From: the human T2T-CHM13v2.0 reference genome, Homo sapiens
Strand: one strand, 5' to 3'
DNA: 64,000 nucleotides
Assembly (NCBI RefSeq): GCF_009914755.1
Contig: NC_060927.1
The translations under genes and the position numbers were made by a program. A model generated the notes under the pieces. It was not told where the DNA came from. It saw only the letters and a program-made list of their open reading frames with translations, and ran no database searches. How positions within the stretch are numbered: the stretch's first letter is position 1; the number at the start of each line of letters is the position of its first letter. Positions 1-14,104 of the stretch are shown here, in pieces.

Positions 1-240
<240 letters not shown>

Positions 241-1134
241 TCATCACAATAAGGGGAAAGCTGAATTTATTTGTTCATTCAATGCTTATTAAAGGATTTA
301 CTTGTGATTTATTGATTTTTAAAAATAGAAAAGTAAAAGAGAACAACAAAACAATAGATCACATATTCTCCAGGCAACTTATGGCCTGATGCCAGCATGA
401 GGCCTGGCTTCAATAGGATAGTCGTGATACGTTGAAAGGTACATTTCAGTTCAGAAATCAATGAGAGAATCTGATACAATTTGAACAGATGAATAATGTG
501 AGCAAAAGACATTCCCCGGCACTTAAAAAACATTGTTTTGGAAGATCATCCAGACTTGCAATTTAATACCAGATGTTGGCGTCTGGAGAGAGCCTGGTTT
601 GACAGTTTGGCAGGAAATATGAAGAAAACACAAATGGCAATTCAAAAAACAAAAAATAAAAGTTATAGCAAGGATTGCTGCAATGACCCAGTTAAGCAGT
701 CCTGGAATGTCAGAAAGCCAGAGTTTATCACCCGTAAAGCTCAGGTCATGGAAAGGGCAGCTTGGGCCCTGGAAGGTTCCGGAAGGGTATCTGAGGGTGA
801 GGAAAGGGAAAGTTCTTTGGTGAGCTCCCTGAGGCCGTCAGTGGTGGAGGGAAGCAGGCCAGAGGGTACGGCTGGTTTCTGTGATGTGGCTGCAGGGGCG
901 AGAGGGAATGTCTCTCCCAACCTACTATTACGGCAGCTGCGGTTGGGCCCATCCTGACAGCTGGGCACTGGCAGAGAACACAGGAAGCTGGTTGACCCCA
1001 GCCATCAGCACAAGCGGGAAGAGACAGCGGTTCTCCCAAACCCTGAGTCCAGGACACACCACTGCAAACTCCCAGGAGCCTAACTGTCCGGGTTTATATT
1101 GTACCTTCCTGCTCGTGGCTAGAAATTCACGTTA

Positions 1135-1760
1135 CATTTTTTTTCAAGATATAATTTACATGCAGTGAAATACTTAGATCTTAAGTGTTTGTTCAGATTT
1201 GGCAAGTGAATACACTCATCTGCCCCGTACCTTGATCAAGACACAGAACATTGCTCTCACTCCAGCAATTTCCCTCACGCCTCTTCCCAGTCAACTCCGC
1301 TTTGTATACACACAACGTAAAGCAACCACTGATCTGAATTCTGTCACCACAGGTTACATTTGCTATTGCAGAACTCTATAGAAGTGGAATCATACAGTGT
1401 GTCCTCTTAGGAGTCTGGCCTCCTTAATTCAGCATGTTGTTAAGATTCATGCATGTTGTTGCATGTATCAGTAGTAGTTCATTCCTCTTTTTTTTCTTCC
1501 TGAGTAGCATTTCATTGTATATCACAATTTGTTGTTTATTCATTCACCTATTGTTGGACATCTGAGATGTATCCAGCAGTTAGCTATCATGAACAATCTT
1601 GCTATAAACCTTCCTGTATACGTCATTGTGTGGACATATGATTTCATCCCTGTAGGGTAAATACCTAGGGGTGGAATTGCTGGGACATAAGGTAGTCACA
1701 TGTCAAATTTGTAAAGAAACTGATGAACAGGTTTCCAAGGTAGTTGTTCCAAGTTCATAT
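1135..1760 (-). mobile_element. Old L1 (L1MC/L1ME-like) 3' end fragment
   Basis: Antisense L1 3' motifs: GTGGAATCATACAGTG, AGATTCATGCATGTTGTTGCATGTATCAGTAGT, GGGTAAATACCTAGGGGTGGAATTGCTGGG. Confidence 0.8.
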
Positions 1761-2106
1761 TTAAAGTATGACTATCCAGGTGGTCTCTGTGCTTCAGGCA
1801 TGTGAATAACTGCACTGCTATGAAGTGCAGGTGGAGATGGTATAGCACAGTAATGAGTACATGTGCCTGGGGTTTGCGACATCTCAGTCACATTTCTGCT
1901 CAAGGGTCTTGGTTTCCTTATCTGCCAAGTGACTCAGTTGAACAGACAATGTCTAAGGGTATTTCTCTTTCTACTATGAGATGAGTCTTTCATTCCTTCA
2001 CTTACTAGGAAAGCAAAACAAAAATATGTTAGTGATTATTTTCTTTAAAAGTTAATGCCTGCTTTGTAACCTGTTGTTAGATTTGTCATCTAACAATTTC
2101 AAGCCC

Positions 2107-2702
2107 TGTGTCAGATATAATACTTGCAGCTGCGCATAGCAGAAAACCCAAACTGGTTTAACCAATAAAGGGGAACTATTAGCTCATGTAACTGAAACAA
2201 GTCCAGAGGTAAGGCCAGGGCATAGACATAAAGTGACCAGGATTCCTGCTCCATGTCTCCATGGTTCTCTTGGCTTTGCTTTCCTCTTTTTGATGGCTTT
2301 GTCCTTAGTTTGGAAACAAGATGGCAGCAGTTCCAGCCCTCACTTCTGTGCACAACAGAAGAAGAGAAACTATACTTTCCAGTGGTTCTTTCTTACAAAT
2401 GAAGAAACTTCTTTCTCGAAAGGTTTTAAAAAACATCCCCTCATGTCTCATTGGCTGGCATTGGATTGCACGTCCTTTCCCAACCAATCTCTGTATGCAG
2501 AATAGTGCCATGATCAAATTAGCATAAGCCTGGATTCCCGGGCCAGTCAGTGATCCATTATATTCCCTGACCCTACTACTGTAGTTGGGATGAGGCCAGT
2601 TTCTCCTAAAGCATATGACTATGTAGAGACAGAATAAGTGCCTCCTCTTCAAAAAAAGTGTGTGTGTATGGTAGATATTTGGCAAGCAACTAGTGTCCAC
2701 AT
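2107..2702 (-). mobile_element. MaLR LTR (MLT1K/L-like)
   Basis: CAGAAAACCCAAACTGGTTTAA...TTAGCTCATGTAACTGAAACAAGTCCAGAGG, TCTCATTGGCTGG and terminal GCAAGCAACTAGTGTCCACA resemble reverse-strand old MLT1. Confidence 0.6.
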
Positions 2703-2806
2703 AGAGCCCTTCTTCACAGGTATAGACATTTACCACATGGCCCTTACCAGAGGGCTAACAAGGGATCATCCAGAAGAAGACTCAGAATCAAAGGCAATTT
2801 GGTAAG

Positions 2807-3297
2807 TGTGGCAGGTTAAATATGATCACAAATACTTTTCAGCTCTTCCCATCAAATGGTGGAGTCTATTGTCTTATCCTTAGAATCTAAACTGACTTTG
2901 TTTTGACCAACAGAATGTGTCAGAAGCAGTAGTGTGTGTATTCCACAGCCTAGGATTTAGGAAGGTCTAAAGGTCTTCCCCTGCTCTCTTACAATATTCC
3001 CGCCACCATATGAGGAAACCTGGGCTAGATGACCTAAAGATATAGGATCACATAGAGAGGGAAGTTCAGCTGACAGCCAGCTCAGCTCTAAGGCACCAGG
3101 TATGTAGTTGAGCCCTCTTAGATCCTTCAATCCAAGTCAAGCTGTCAAATGACTGCAGCCACATGAGAGACCCAAGGCAAGACCAGCAGAAGAACCACCA
3201 AGCTGAGCTCAGCCAACCAATGGAATTATGAGAAATAATAAATCATTGTTATTTAAGCCACTAAGTTTGGGGTAGTTTATTACATAGTAATAGGTGA
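2807..3297 (+). mobile_element. MaLR solo LTR (MLT1H-like)
   Basis: Starts TGTGGCAG; CCCATCAAATGGTGGAGTCTA, TTTGACCAACAGAATGTG, 3' end AATAAATCATTGTTATTTAAGCCACTAAGTTTGGGGTAGTTT; GTAAG on both flanks (2802-2806, 3298-3302) as probable TSD. Confidence 0.8.
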
Positions 3298-3459
3298 GTA
3301 AGTCAGGAAGGGCATTTAAAACTCTTCTAGTCTCTCCAGTGGGTGTGGTCTACTGAGCCTATCAGATACACTCACTACTTACTGAGATACAAGGCAGCTC
3401 ATTCCATTTTTAGAGCACTCTACCAGAATGCCTTCCTACTATAAAAGCAGATTCAGCCT

Positions 3460-3501
3460 CTCTTGTGCTTCTTTCAGCCCCTCTTGTGCTTCTTTCAGCC
3501 C
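3460..3501. repeat. 21-bp tandem duplication
   Basis: CTCTTGTGCTTCTTTCAGCCC x2. Confidence 0.9.
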
Positions 3502-6500
3502 TGGGGTCTTTCAGCCCACTCACTGGGGTCATAGAGAACAAGTCCAACCCCTCAACCACATAGAAGCACATCAGCTAACTGCAGTCACTCATCTCACCAT
3601 GAGAGATCATCCTTTCCCAAAGGGTTCTCGACCCTTTTCTATTGCTGATGGAATGGAGAATGGTGAACCTAGAGGGCCAGACCAGTTAGGGGGCCATCAC
3701 AATTACCAGATGATGCCATGAGGGTATCCTGAAACCCTGGGTCCATGGCTGTAACTTGCCCCTGGCAGGGCCTACGCTGACTTGTGGGAGCACCAGTTAA
3801 CCTGCCAATATAAAGTCGGCTTTGATTAAAGGGGAATGAGGCAAGCAAGAGGGCAGGGCAGGCACCCACTGGCTGCTGCAGGGAGGTCCATGTGGAGGAG
3901 AAGGACGGGCCCAGCAGACAGGCACTGCCTGAGATTTCTGTACCCTGCAGGAGCTGGGGCAGGAGGCAGGGTAAGAGAGGCTACTTGTGGTACAATCTGT
4001 TCAGGTGGGCCTCTCCCTCCTTGCCCACCCTGCTGTCTTTGCAGGGGTTCCTGGGCCTCTACCAAGCAAGTCTTCAGTGTCCCAGCAGAGAAGGAAGCCT
4101 GGTTATCAGGGTGCCTGGGGAGTCTGTGTGTCTCCCCCAGCAGCCCTCTAGTGCCCCAGGGACTGAACCACATTTCTTTCCTCTCTTTATGCCCTGAAGC
4201 ACACTTGAGCACAGGGCTTTTAGGAGGCCTCAATAAATATTTGTCACCAGAACTTTGCGCAGTCAAATAGAAACTGCACGTTGACACTCTTGGATGGGAT
4301 TACTTCAAGCTACCCCTTCTCAGGCACCTTGGGTTCTCAGCAACCTCTGACAGTCAGCCTCTCACCCACTCCTCTGTGGGCCTCAGCAGCTGAAGTGGGG
4401 ATTCCAGGAGTCCTTCTGCCTGGCATATAGAGGGTGGCCCTGGTGAGGACCCAGCGTGCTGTGGAGGGAGAACAGGGAAGTTGCCCTCAGGACCTGACTC
4501 CTATGGAAGACTCCTCTGCTGTCTGTGCCCTGCTTCAAGGTGGGAGAGTGGGGTGCCCTGGTGGCCCCCAGGCCAGACCAGAGGCTCGATGCTCAGGGGG
4601 CAGGCAGCCATGGTGAAGGAAAGCAAACCTTGCTATTCAGGGAGACCAGTGCCTTCCTCAGAGGATGGGAGGGCGGATATACAAGGAGGCGTCCGGGGGC
4701 AAAATAACGGTGTAAGGAAAATGGTACTGCCCTAGAAGGCAGGAGAAGACCAACTAGCCAGAAGCTATCAGAGTCCTGGAGTCCCATCCACCTTCACTCC
4801 TTCGGCCTTTTTCATAAAATCGCTATGCCCTAACTCTTCTTCATTCCCCAGTCATGTTGCCACAAGCCACTCCTCACACAGCACCCTCCTCCCCTATACC
4901 CTGAGCAGTGTGTTTTCCTGAGAGTTTATATTTTTCCCCTTTGCAAATTATTATCTCCAGACCCTTGAATCTGGAAATGAGAAAATCAATTAGCAAGGGA
5001 TTACAGTCTCAGACATTTTCCCCCACCTTTTGCTTTAGAAAATATATCAAGAAATCATTGTGACTCTTTAGATGGATATTTCATAAATCTACTCAGTTGA
5101 AAACTCAATGAGTGAGATAAAGGTTAAGTCAGATCCCTCAGATCTGTGTGTGCAGAGGTATGTGGAAGCCGCCAGGGAGAAAGGCCCTGAGTGAGGTCAC
5201 TGTTACCACTTTCTGCCTCAAAATGTAAAGATGCCTTTAACAGAGATAAGGTGAATAGAAAGCCAGCCTTTTGCTTGAGATGAAACTATTATTTTTAAAC
5301 TGGTCCTAAAAAGTCTGACCATTTCTCAATTTTGTGGGATAAAAAAAAGAATTCAGTAAAAGTTGTGCCATCCAAATTTGATGGCAATTAAGAAGCAAAA
5401 GTATCCTCTTTCAGGGAGTGAAAATTTTTCAGACAAAGAAACTGAGTCCTGGAGTGCATAAGTGATTTATCTGAAATCAAAGACACTTATTTTCTTCACT
5501 TTTCACACCACAGACTCATGAAGCTTCTGATCAGAGAGCACTAAAACCCAATTGGCTTGTTTCAGGCAAAGGAAGTGCCAGAAAGTCAGAGGTAACTGAC
5601 TAACTGCTTCCACCTTGGCCCCACCAAATGCTGCAGGGTGATAAGGGTTAAATCAGACAAGTCCCAGCTCTCAGAGCTGCGTGTACTGAGGTGCATGTGA
5701 ACAACCCTCCCCAGAGAAGGGTTCCTTCTGTTATCTTGATGGCAGGAGTATTCAGTGCCCTTTGCATAACCCCCAGAGCCTTGAGTCTGACTGCAAAGTT
5801 TGCAAAGACTGTCTCCAGGCTGTAGCCATTGCAAGTGCTTTTGCAAAGATTAGGCTGTTTGATAAACAGATAAAGTTGGAACTGGAAGGGACTTTAGAGT
5901 TTGCCCAATTCAGACCTCTCAACTTTCTGTTTTTTCAAACAGAGGAGGAAGTTGCAGCTCAGAAAAGAGGCAAGAATCATCCAAGTGACACACAGTGACT
6001 TGGCAGCGTTGGAGCTGGGACGAGAACATGAGCTTGGGTCACCACCTTGCACAGCCACAGGGGAAGGGTGGCTCCTCGAAAGGTCCCCAGAGCTCTCCTT
6101 CAATCCCGGACCACATGCTTCCTCCTTCCAACTATCAGCTCCAACTATTTAGCAGTTGCTGGCTTTGCACAAGGAGAACTGGGAGTAGTCGGCATATCGT
6201 TGGTTTGCAGATGGGTCCACCAGCTCAGCAGTTGAAGACAATGCCCCCTTCAACCTTCAGGTTAAAAACATTTATTTTCTTAAGCCGCATCCGCATAAGA
6301 ATCACCAGGGACTCTTGCTAAAATCCAGCTCCCTGGGCCCCATGTCAGAGTAGGAAGATGAGGGACTTCATTTTCAGAAGCTCCTCTGGTGACTTTTAGA
6401 ATAAAGCAAGCCTGGAACTCTCCCTCCTTCTTTTGTCTCTTCAGCCTGGCATTCAAGACTCTTTGCTATCAGCCTGACTTCCTGCTGATCACATTTCTAT

Positions 6501-6947
6501 GCCTCACGGAACTTTTTGGCATTTCATAAAAATTTCGTAAATTCATAATAGTGAAAGCTACCATTCGCCCTGCACCTCTAGAGTACAACACAGGCAACTC
6601 TCATTGACAGACCTCTCCCAGGCAGATGAGGATAACGGCCCCCACTTACAGTGAAGACTAAGGGATGGGAAGTTTGAATAACTCTTCTAAGGGCACAGAA
6701 TCCTCACTCTCAGTCACTTCACAGCACTGTTTCCGTGAGCAAGGCCTTCATTTTTCTCACACATATCTTTGTTTATGCCATTTCCTCTGCAAAACTGTCA
6801 CGCCTTCTGCCTGCCATCTCTGCTTGATAATGTCCGGCTCATTCTTTCCGGCCAGCACCACTTCCCTCTGCTTCTTTTTAGGCACTTGCCACGTTATGCC
6901 TTGTGCTGGAGGTGATCGTAGGCACTTTCTCCACTGGCTTTTCAATA

Positions 6948-7225
6948 TTTTTTAGAGATAGGGTCTCGCTCTGTCGTCCAGGCTGGAGTGTAGTGGCTCA
7001 CTACAGCCTCAACCTCCCAGGCTGAAGCAATCCTCCTGCCTCAGCCTCTCAAGTGGCTGGAACTACAGGCACACACCACTTACGTCCGGCTAATTTTTGT
7101 ATTTTTTGTAGAGATGGGGTCTCACTTTGTTGCCCAGGCTGGTCTCAAACTCTTGGGCTCAAGCGATCTGCCTGCCTCCGCCTCCCAAAGTGCTGGGATT
7201 ACAGGCATGAGCCACGCACCAGGCC
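6948..7225 (-). mobile_element. AluJ element
   Basis: GAGATAGGGTCTCGCTCTGTC, AGCAATCCTCCTGCCTCAGCC, GAGATGGGGTCTCACTTTGTTGCCCAGGCTGG, CTTGGGCTCAAGCGATC (J-type diagnostics). Confidence 0.92.
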
Positions 7226-7974
7226 TGCAGCCACCTTTTATCAAGCCTCCACCCTCACTCCACACAGCAGCACCAGTGATCATTTTTAAATATCTTTCAG
7301 GTCATCTCACTCCAGGTTCATCAGGTCCAATGGCTCCCCTCTCCCTATGAGCAAAATCCCTTGCCATAGCCTGCACTGGCTCTCTGGCCTCGTCTACTTG
7401 GCCTACTTCTGCCCTCCTCGCCCACCCAGCTGAGCATGCTGGCCTCCCTGCCAGTCCACCAAGATGCCACACACACTCTCCTCTTCACAGAAAGGCCTGG
7501 GCATACAAGTGACTCTCTCTGGTTTCCTTTGAGCCTCTGCTCAGACTTCCCTTTGTCACAGAGGCTTCCCATAACTTCCAATATAGGAAGGTGGCTCCTT
7601 CTTGCATGCACAAATGGGGAGTCAAGGCCCAGTGGAGGAAGTTTGTTCTTCAAGGTCACACATCAGCCAGTGGCAGTCAAGACTGACACCTGGATCTTTC
7701 AGCTTCTGCTTCAGTCCTTTTGCTGCTGGTCTCTCTGACCAGCAGATCCTAGAATCCATTCTTAATGCATGGATTTGTCCAATTTCCACCAAGCACAGGC
7801 TGTGTAATCATAAGCACAGCTTCACTTCAAAGCCTGCATTTTCTTAAACATAATGGGAAGGGGGTGGAGGGAGGCAAGAAGCAGAGATGTACTTGGCCTC
7901 CAACGTCTTCTCTGAATCAAATAATCTTTAAGGAAGGACTGAGCTTTGACACCTGACATTCCCACCCCTACCCC

Positions 7975-9131
7975 ACAGCAGATGCAAAATATGTGAGGGC
8001 TAAAACACATGAAATTTTATGGACCTTTTGTGAGAAAAAGAATATAAAAGGTTATAGATAAAAAATAGATATTAATATGGATATTTATTCAGAAAACTGG
8101 GAAATACCATAAACATATTAAAATTTTTTTAAAAACAGTATTTTTAGTAATTCATGTTTCATGTACACCTGTAATACTTTTTTAATCTACATTTTTTACT
8201 ACTTTTTGATTGCTGCTTAATATGACAATGATTTTGCTATATTATTTTCAATAGAGATAATAGAAAGATAATTCACTCATTCTACTAGCAGGGTTGACTG
8301 GAGTTTGTTACATTATTATTGAAAGTTGGGGTCCATACAATTCTTGATTTCTCACTAGATATGCTTGTTTTTTATAGCACTCCTATACGTCTGTTTCTAG
8401 AAACACAGGAATTCTCATGATTTCTATTTTACACAATTTGCATTTAAAAAGAAGAAAAAACATAGTACATGTACATTATAAACCATGCTTTATGAAGTAT
8501 AATCCTGAGAGGGGAGAACTTTCCTTCGACCAGACATCAATGAAATGAATTCATGCCTTTACAACTGTGTACACGTGATACTTAGACACTTTTTTGTACG
8601 GGTTGGTTTCTAAGTCCTTGCAAACCTTTCTTCTTCTCCATTACCCACAGACCTCCAGTGTTTAGTTTAATTCTTGACGGGCTCTCTGTCTGGTCTGTAT
8701 CTCTGTGCCATGACAGCAGGTGAGTCGGCACAGTGTGGGCATGTTCCTGGAAGTCATTTCTACATCAGCAAGGCTAGAAATAATGTGATTGTACGCAGAT
8801 GGACAGCAAAAGACGGCTCTACCTAAGGGAAGCTTGAGTAGGGCATGCTTTAGTTTGGACTTATGAAGTATTGCATGCTTCATATTTCATGAAGTCCAAA
8901 CTAAAGCACCCCCTACTCAAGGTTCCCTTAGCTAGAGTGCACAGTTGCCCTGGGGCCACTTTCACCCCACTTGACAGCCCTTGGGTATGATGGAAGGAAA
9001 ATCAGAGTAAAAATCGCATTCTTAACTAATTGTGATTAAAATATCTGATTTTTGCAAATTTTATGAAGACAAATGGCATTGAGAACACTTGGAAGCTTAA
9101 ACTTCATTATCTTCATGTGAATTCACCCCTG
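7975..9131 (-). mobile_element. hAT-Tip100 DNA transposon relic (Zaphod/MER115-like)
   Basis: Reverse complement of 9091-9131 reads CAGGGGTGAATTCACATGAAGATAATGAAGTTTAAGCTTCC, resembling the Zaphod 5' end as I recall it; 7976-8040 is a degenerate match to the opposite end; AT-rich interior. Confidence 0.55.
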
Positions 9132-10459
9132 CCCTTGAAGCAAAAAACTGCCACTTCTCCTACCTGTGTGAGAGGAATTCAGCAAATTTAGCCAGTGAGT
9201 TAAATCAAGGAAGAAGAAGGCTCTTTGACCTCACGATAGTTTATTTTTTTCTCGGTAGAATAACCTCAATAAACTTCAGGCAAGGGCTCAGCTGTAGAAT
9301 GAAACCTTGATGAGTTCAATTACAAAGGATTACACAGGGTCTTGCTTAAAATATTTTGGCCTTGTGTTTCATTCTGTGTTTAAATTACTCCACCATCATT
9401 TATAATCCTCATGACATTCTTGTAAGGCAAGTAGGTGGCAAGGATTATTTTTTATGGTGTTGAAGCTCTGGTTCAAACAAGGCCAAAGTCTGGCAAATGA
9501 AATGTAATCAGCAAGTTTTATATGAAAACAAAGGAAACCAAACATTGAAATCTTCACTATTAAAGATAACTTTATGTTATCTGCTTACCCTAAATACCAT
9601 TTGATGTTTTGTATAGTTGAGGTATACAACTTAATAGCAATATTTTCAATGTATAGATAAAAACTACTTTTAGAAAAGGCAAATTTTGAAAGCAATTATA
9701 TATTGTCAGCTACTTTCTTAATAGATCTCTTTTTATCTTCTCAAAAGGACTATAAAGTAAAATAGCTTGAAGATGAAAGAGTGTGATTTTCCATTTAAGG
9801 GGCAGGCCACTCTTTCTGTTGGCCAAGAGATCGTTGATATATATTTGAAGATAAATAGTTAATAAAGGTGTTTGGATTGCAACATCTGTTGCCATTCTTG
9901 GAAGCTGGGACTTAATTGCGGACTGGAGCATCAAATCTTCAGAGAGTTCGTAAGACAGAGATTGATTGGGGTCACCAGGTTACCCAGAAGTAAAATCCCA
10001 ATCCTTATCTTTAAAATGCAGTGTCCAATTGATTCTCTCTGGATCATTACACACAGCACATGGAGGTAAAGCCAAGGAGAGGAGTGGTCAAACATTATCC
10101 TTTTCAAGATATCTAAAAAATAAACCATAGCGGTGCTTTGATTTTGGTGAACAGTACAAAGTGGAGCGCCAGCTAAGGCTCAGAGCTAGAGGTAGCAATT
10201 TTACGTTAATTAATGCATCTCTCAAATGTACATTCAATGAAAAGAAGCACTGGTAATGCCCTGTTTTTCCACCTTAAAGCCTCAACCACAGATGCCAAGT
10301 CTGCCCAGCCAGGGCCAGCAAGGTGAAAGCTCAACTTGTAAGTCATAGTGTTCTCCTGCCATTAGCAATCTATAAAGTCAGAAAAATAAAGGAGATGTTT
10401 CTATGATTGAGATGTGATCAGCATTGACAGCCAGAGATTGCTCTTCAATTGCATCAGGA

Positions 10460-10590
10460 GAACCAAGTTCTGGTCAGGCAGTACCACTAAGCCACCATGT
10501 GACCTTGAACAAGTCAACCTCCCTCCTGGGCTACCATGGTTCTCTCTTTAAAATCACAGTGTAGACTAAATAATTTTTAATATTCTTCTC
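10460..10590 (+). mobile_element. MIR fragment
   Basis: Core-like ATGTGACCTTGAACAAGTCA and GTAGACTAAATAATTT. Confidence 0.55.
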
Positions 10591-13079
10591 AGAATTTGAA
10601 CTTGAAAGTCTATTGTCTTTATTTTAATTGGTAGCCTTGCTCTGTGTCTTACTTGAATACCTTTCCTGGAACTCTGGCCCTGAATTTAAGAACTTATCCC
10701 CCTCCCCAAAGACAGAGACTCAACAGAAAAGGCCTAAGCCTTGGTCATAGGTACCATGGTCCAAAAGGACAAGGGATGTGGCTCTCCAGCTGTGAGTTTA
10801 CATTGGTAGTCAGTAGATTCTGAAGGAAACCAATGAACAAATTTCTAGAATCTCCCAGAGAAATGGTGACATCAACAGAAGATATAATGCTACTTTGCCC
10901 ATGGGAGCTGTAAGAAAACAGACTTGTAGCTTCCTGACGAACTTTAATTTCACTGGATTTTCCTTTTTGACAGACATATGAGCAAAAAACTCAAGCTTAG
11001 AAGATAACTCCCAGGACCTAGAACATCAGGGAAGCCTGTTGTATAAAACCATTCTACTGGTATCCAGGGCAGGGTCCCCTCAGAAAGGAATGTGTGAGAA
11101 AATACCACGGCAAGTTAAGTACCATATTTTATAAGCTTAGAAAAGAAGGGAGACATTGAGGCATGTCTACTATTTGCTTTCTCTTGTTGGCACATAAAAG
11201 GTCAGCACTTAGAAGCTGAGATTTCACTGTCCAATAAATATGAAAAAATGCTCCCCTGAAAAAACCTGCCCACCTGAAGGTATCATTAATTATTCTTTCT
11301 TATTAGAACTAAACTATTTTAAATTCACCTATATGTCACAATTATCAAATCAGGTATTTAGTATCTTGTTACAAGGATCACAAAAGACAGTACTCTATAT
11401 AAAATAGAAAAAAAATTAAGCTGCCTTGTAATAAAGGTTACTAAGCATATTTCTGATACAGTTGCAATGCAGGGTGTCATTCTGCCTTTTAAAATTATTG
11501 CTTTTTTTTAATTTGGAAAATATACATTTGGAATTGTTACATAATTTTGTTATTTGTTCAATGCTCACCCCAGGCTTAACAAATCATTTGGAAACAGAAG
11601 AAAGATGAAATCTATTCATAGTAAAGCTTTTTGCTCCTTTAGACACACCGCACATACACACCTGTTCAGATTCCCCCTAACCGTTCACATTTCTCTGCTC
11701 TTCTCTGATCACCTCATGATGTTGTTGCCTTAATTAGCTCCTGCACATTTTTAGAGGTTTAGGAGGGCTAAAGATTGCTTGTTCCCATTTAAAGGCCAGC
11801 ATGCTTTCTGCTGCCTGGTAATCCAGTAATATATTTCTGCTGAGTTCCATTGTATCCCAAGAAAGAGGAGAGTCACACCAAGGAGACGGCTTCACTTCAG
11901 CTTCCCCTTTTCCTTTCTTCCCAGCCAGGATGCTTCTGGCTGGCCCAGAAGTAAGTTCACATATTGTGCCAGGCAGCCAGAGAACAGCTCCTTAGTGCTT
12001 GCGCTAATCCTCCTCTTTACTAAATAAGCAAGTCAAGCTTTGGGGGTAGGGATGGGAAGAAAATTATATAATTTGAGTTAATTGGTTTGGGGCTACCCAA
12101 AGCCCCAGCTGCATTGAAGGGAACTGTTTGGTCTTCAAGACCCAATTAGAGACATTCAGCTGATGTAAAATAGATTTTATTCTTTTTCTGAAAGTTATTG
12201 TCAAGAGACTCAGCCTTCATACCATACCAGAAAATATCCTTTAATCACAGGCTTCCCAAATGCATTCTGAAAACCTGTCTGGAAATAGGTATATCTAAAT
12301 GCATGGAAGGAATATAAAGACATGCAAACTAACTAGTTTATTTTACAGGTTCAAGAATTCACCTTCTAGTGATAAGACAGGAACTCCTTTTCAACAACCC
12401 TTCAAGTACTATAAAATGTGTGTTAGCTAATCAAACTGTATGAACAAATGATCCAACCTCTATCTTTTTTTCTGAGAGATTGTTTGGACAGGCTTGAGAA
12501 ATTCATGTTTGGCCTTCTTAGAGCTGAGACGAAACCACATGTGACTTCTGTTTGAATGATCAAAGTGTAAGGAATGGCCAGAGTGACATTAACTTGCAAA
12601 GAGCCACACTTTGAGTCTTCACTCTGAGTATTCAGAGTGAGAATCATTGCATGTTTAAAATGACTTGAGCTGTGCTGGCTTTTTGGTCCCGCAGCCTTTT
12701 CAAACGATGCTTGAAATTGTTTTTTTTCAAACCAATCTTTTCAAAAAGGCTACTCCTTTTTGTAAGGTCCATGCAACCCAGAAATAAATTAGAAGCAAGA
12801 ATTGTAAAGTGCATAGGTAGTACCTATGTTTAGAGAATGGCTAACTTGGTGCAATAGTTGCTCATTTGCACTATTTCCTGAGAGAGGACCACGTGCATGG
12901 GATGGGAAAGGAAATATAATTCGGACCAAGTCCTTATCCACAAAGAACTTTCAAGCATGCAGAGGTAGGAATGAATGAGGGAATTACAGAAACAAGCACA
13001 AAGTTGAGGAAAACAAAGCAAGGTACAAATGCACATACTAGAGGGTAAGAAGAGGTAGAGAGCTAGTTAGAAATTCTGT

Positions 13080-13189
13080 AACCCGGGAGGCGGAGATTGC
13101 AGTGAGCCGAGATGGCACCACTGCACTCCAGCTTGGGCGACAGAGTGAGACTCCATCTCAAAAAAAAAAAAAAAAGAAAAAAGAAAAAA
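13080..13189 (+). mobile_element. 5'-truncated Alu (right-arm 3' half) with TSD
   Basis: AACCCGGGAGGCGGAGATTGCAGTGAGCCGAGAT...poly(A); flanked by AGAAATTCTGT at 13069-13079 and 13190-13200. Confidence 0.93.
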
Positions 13190-13261
13190 AGAAATTCTGT
13201 GAAAAAAATGATGTTCACGATGGGTCTTGCAAGCTCAGACTAGGTCTTAAAAGCTAGAGTC

Positions 13262-13585
<324 letters not shown>

Positions 13586-14104
13586 TTACAGTGCTCAAGA
13601 CCCCTCCTAAACATCATTTTGTTGGGAAGATTATTCTAGAGGACACAATATGAAGAAGAGGACAAAGACAGGAAGGTTTCAGAGAGACGTCTGGAAAACA
13701 TTGAGCAATGCAATCGAAATGAAACCACGAGTATTTGTGGGGAACACACGGAGACTGAGTTTGAAAGACTAGATCAGGTGCAGATCCTAGGCCTTGACTG
13801 CCCAAGTGAGAAATGTGTACCTTGTTTCAAAAGCAATGGAAAGTCACCTAAAGATTTGAAGCTTAGAAATGAATGAATGGATCAGAACTCTGCTTTTAGC
13901 CAGGGTCTATGACATCAGTGGACTGTGTAGGAAAAGGAATAAGAATGAAAGCCAAGCCCAAAAGAGCTATTCCAGAGTGTGGAGAGCATGCACTACTGCA
14001 GGCAAAAACACTTTATCCAGTAGGAGACCAAGGTGTGCTGCATCCTACAAACAACCAAAGACCTGATTCTGAGATAAGCAGGATGGTATCCTGAGAAGTG
14101 ACTT

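Noticed and set aside
538-1168. Overlapping ORFs of 75-139 aa
   Set aside because: No recognisable domain and no exon structure; expected by chance in GC-richer sequence.
3460-3515. Short direct repeats as a CRISPR-like array
   Set aside because: Eukaryotic context, adjacent copies without unique spacers and no cas genes; a simple tandem duplication.
3826-4735. Stack of 100-150 aa ORFs on both strands
   Set aside because: Low-complexity Gly/Pro/Cys/Leu composition from GC-rich DNA; no motif recognised.
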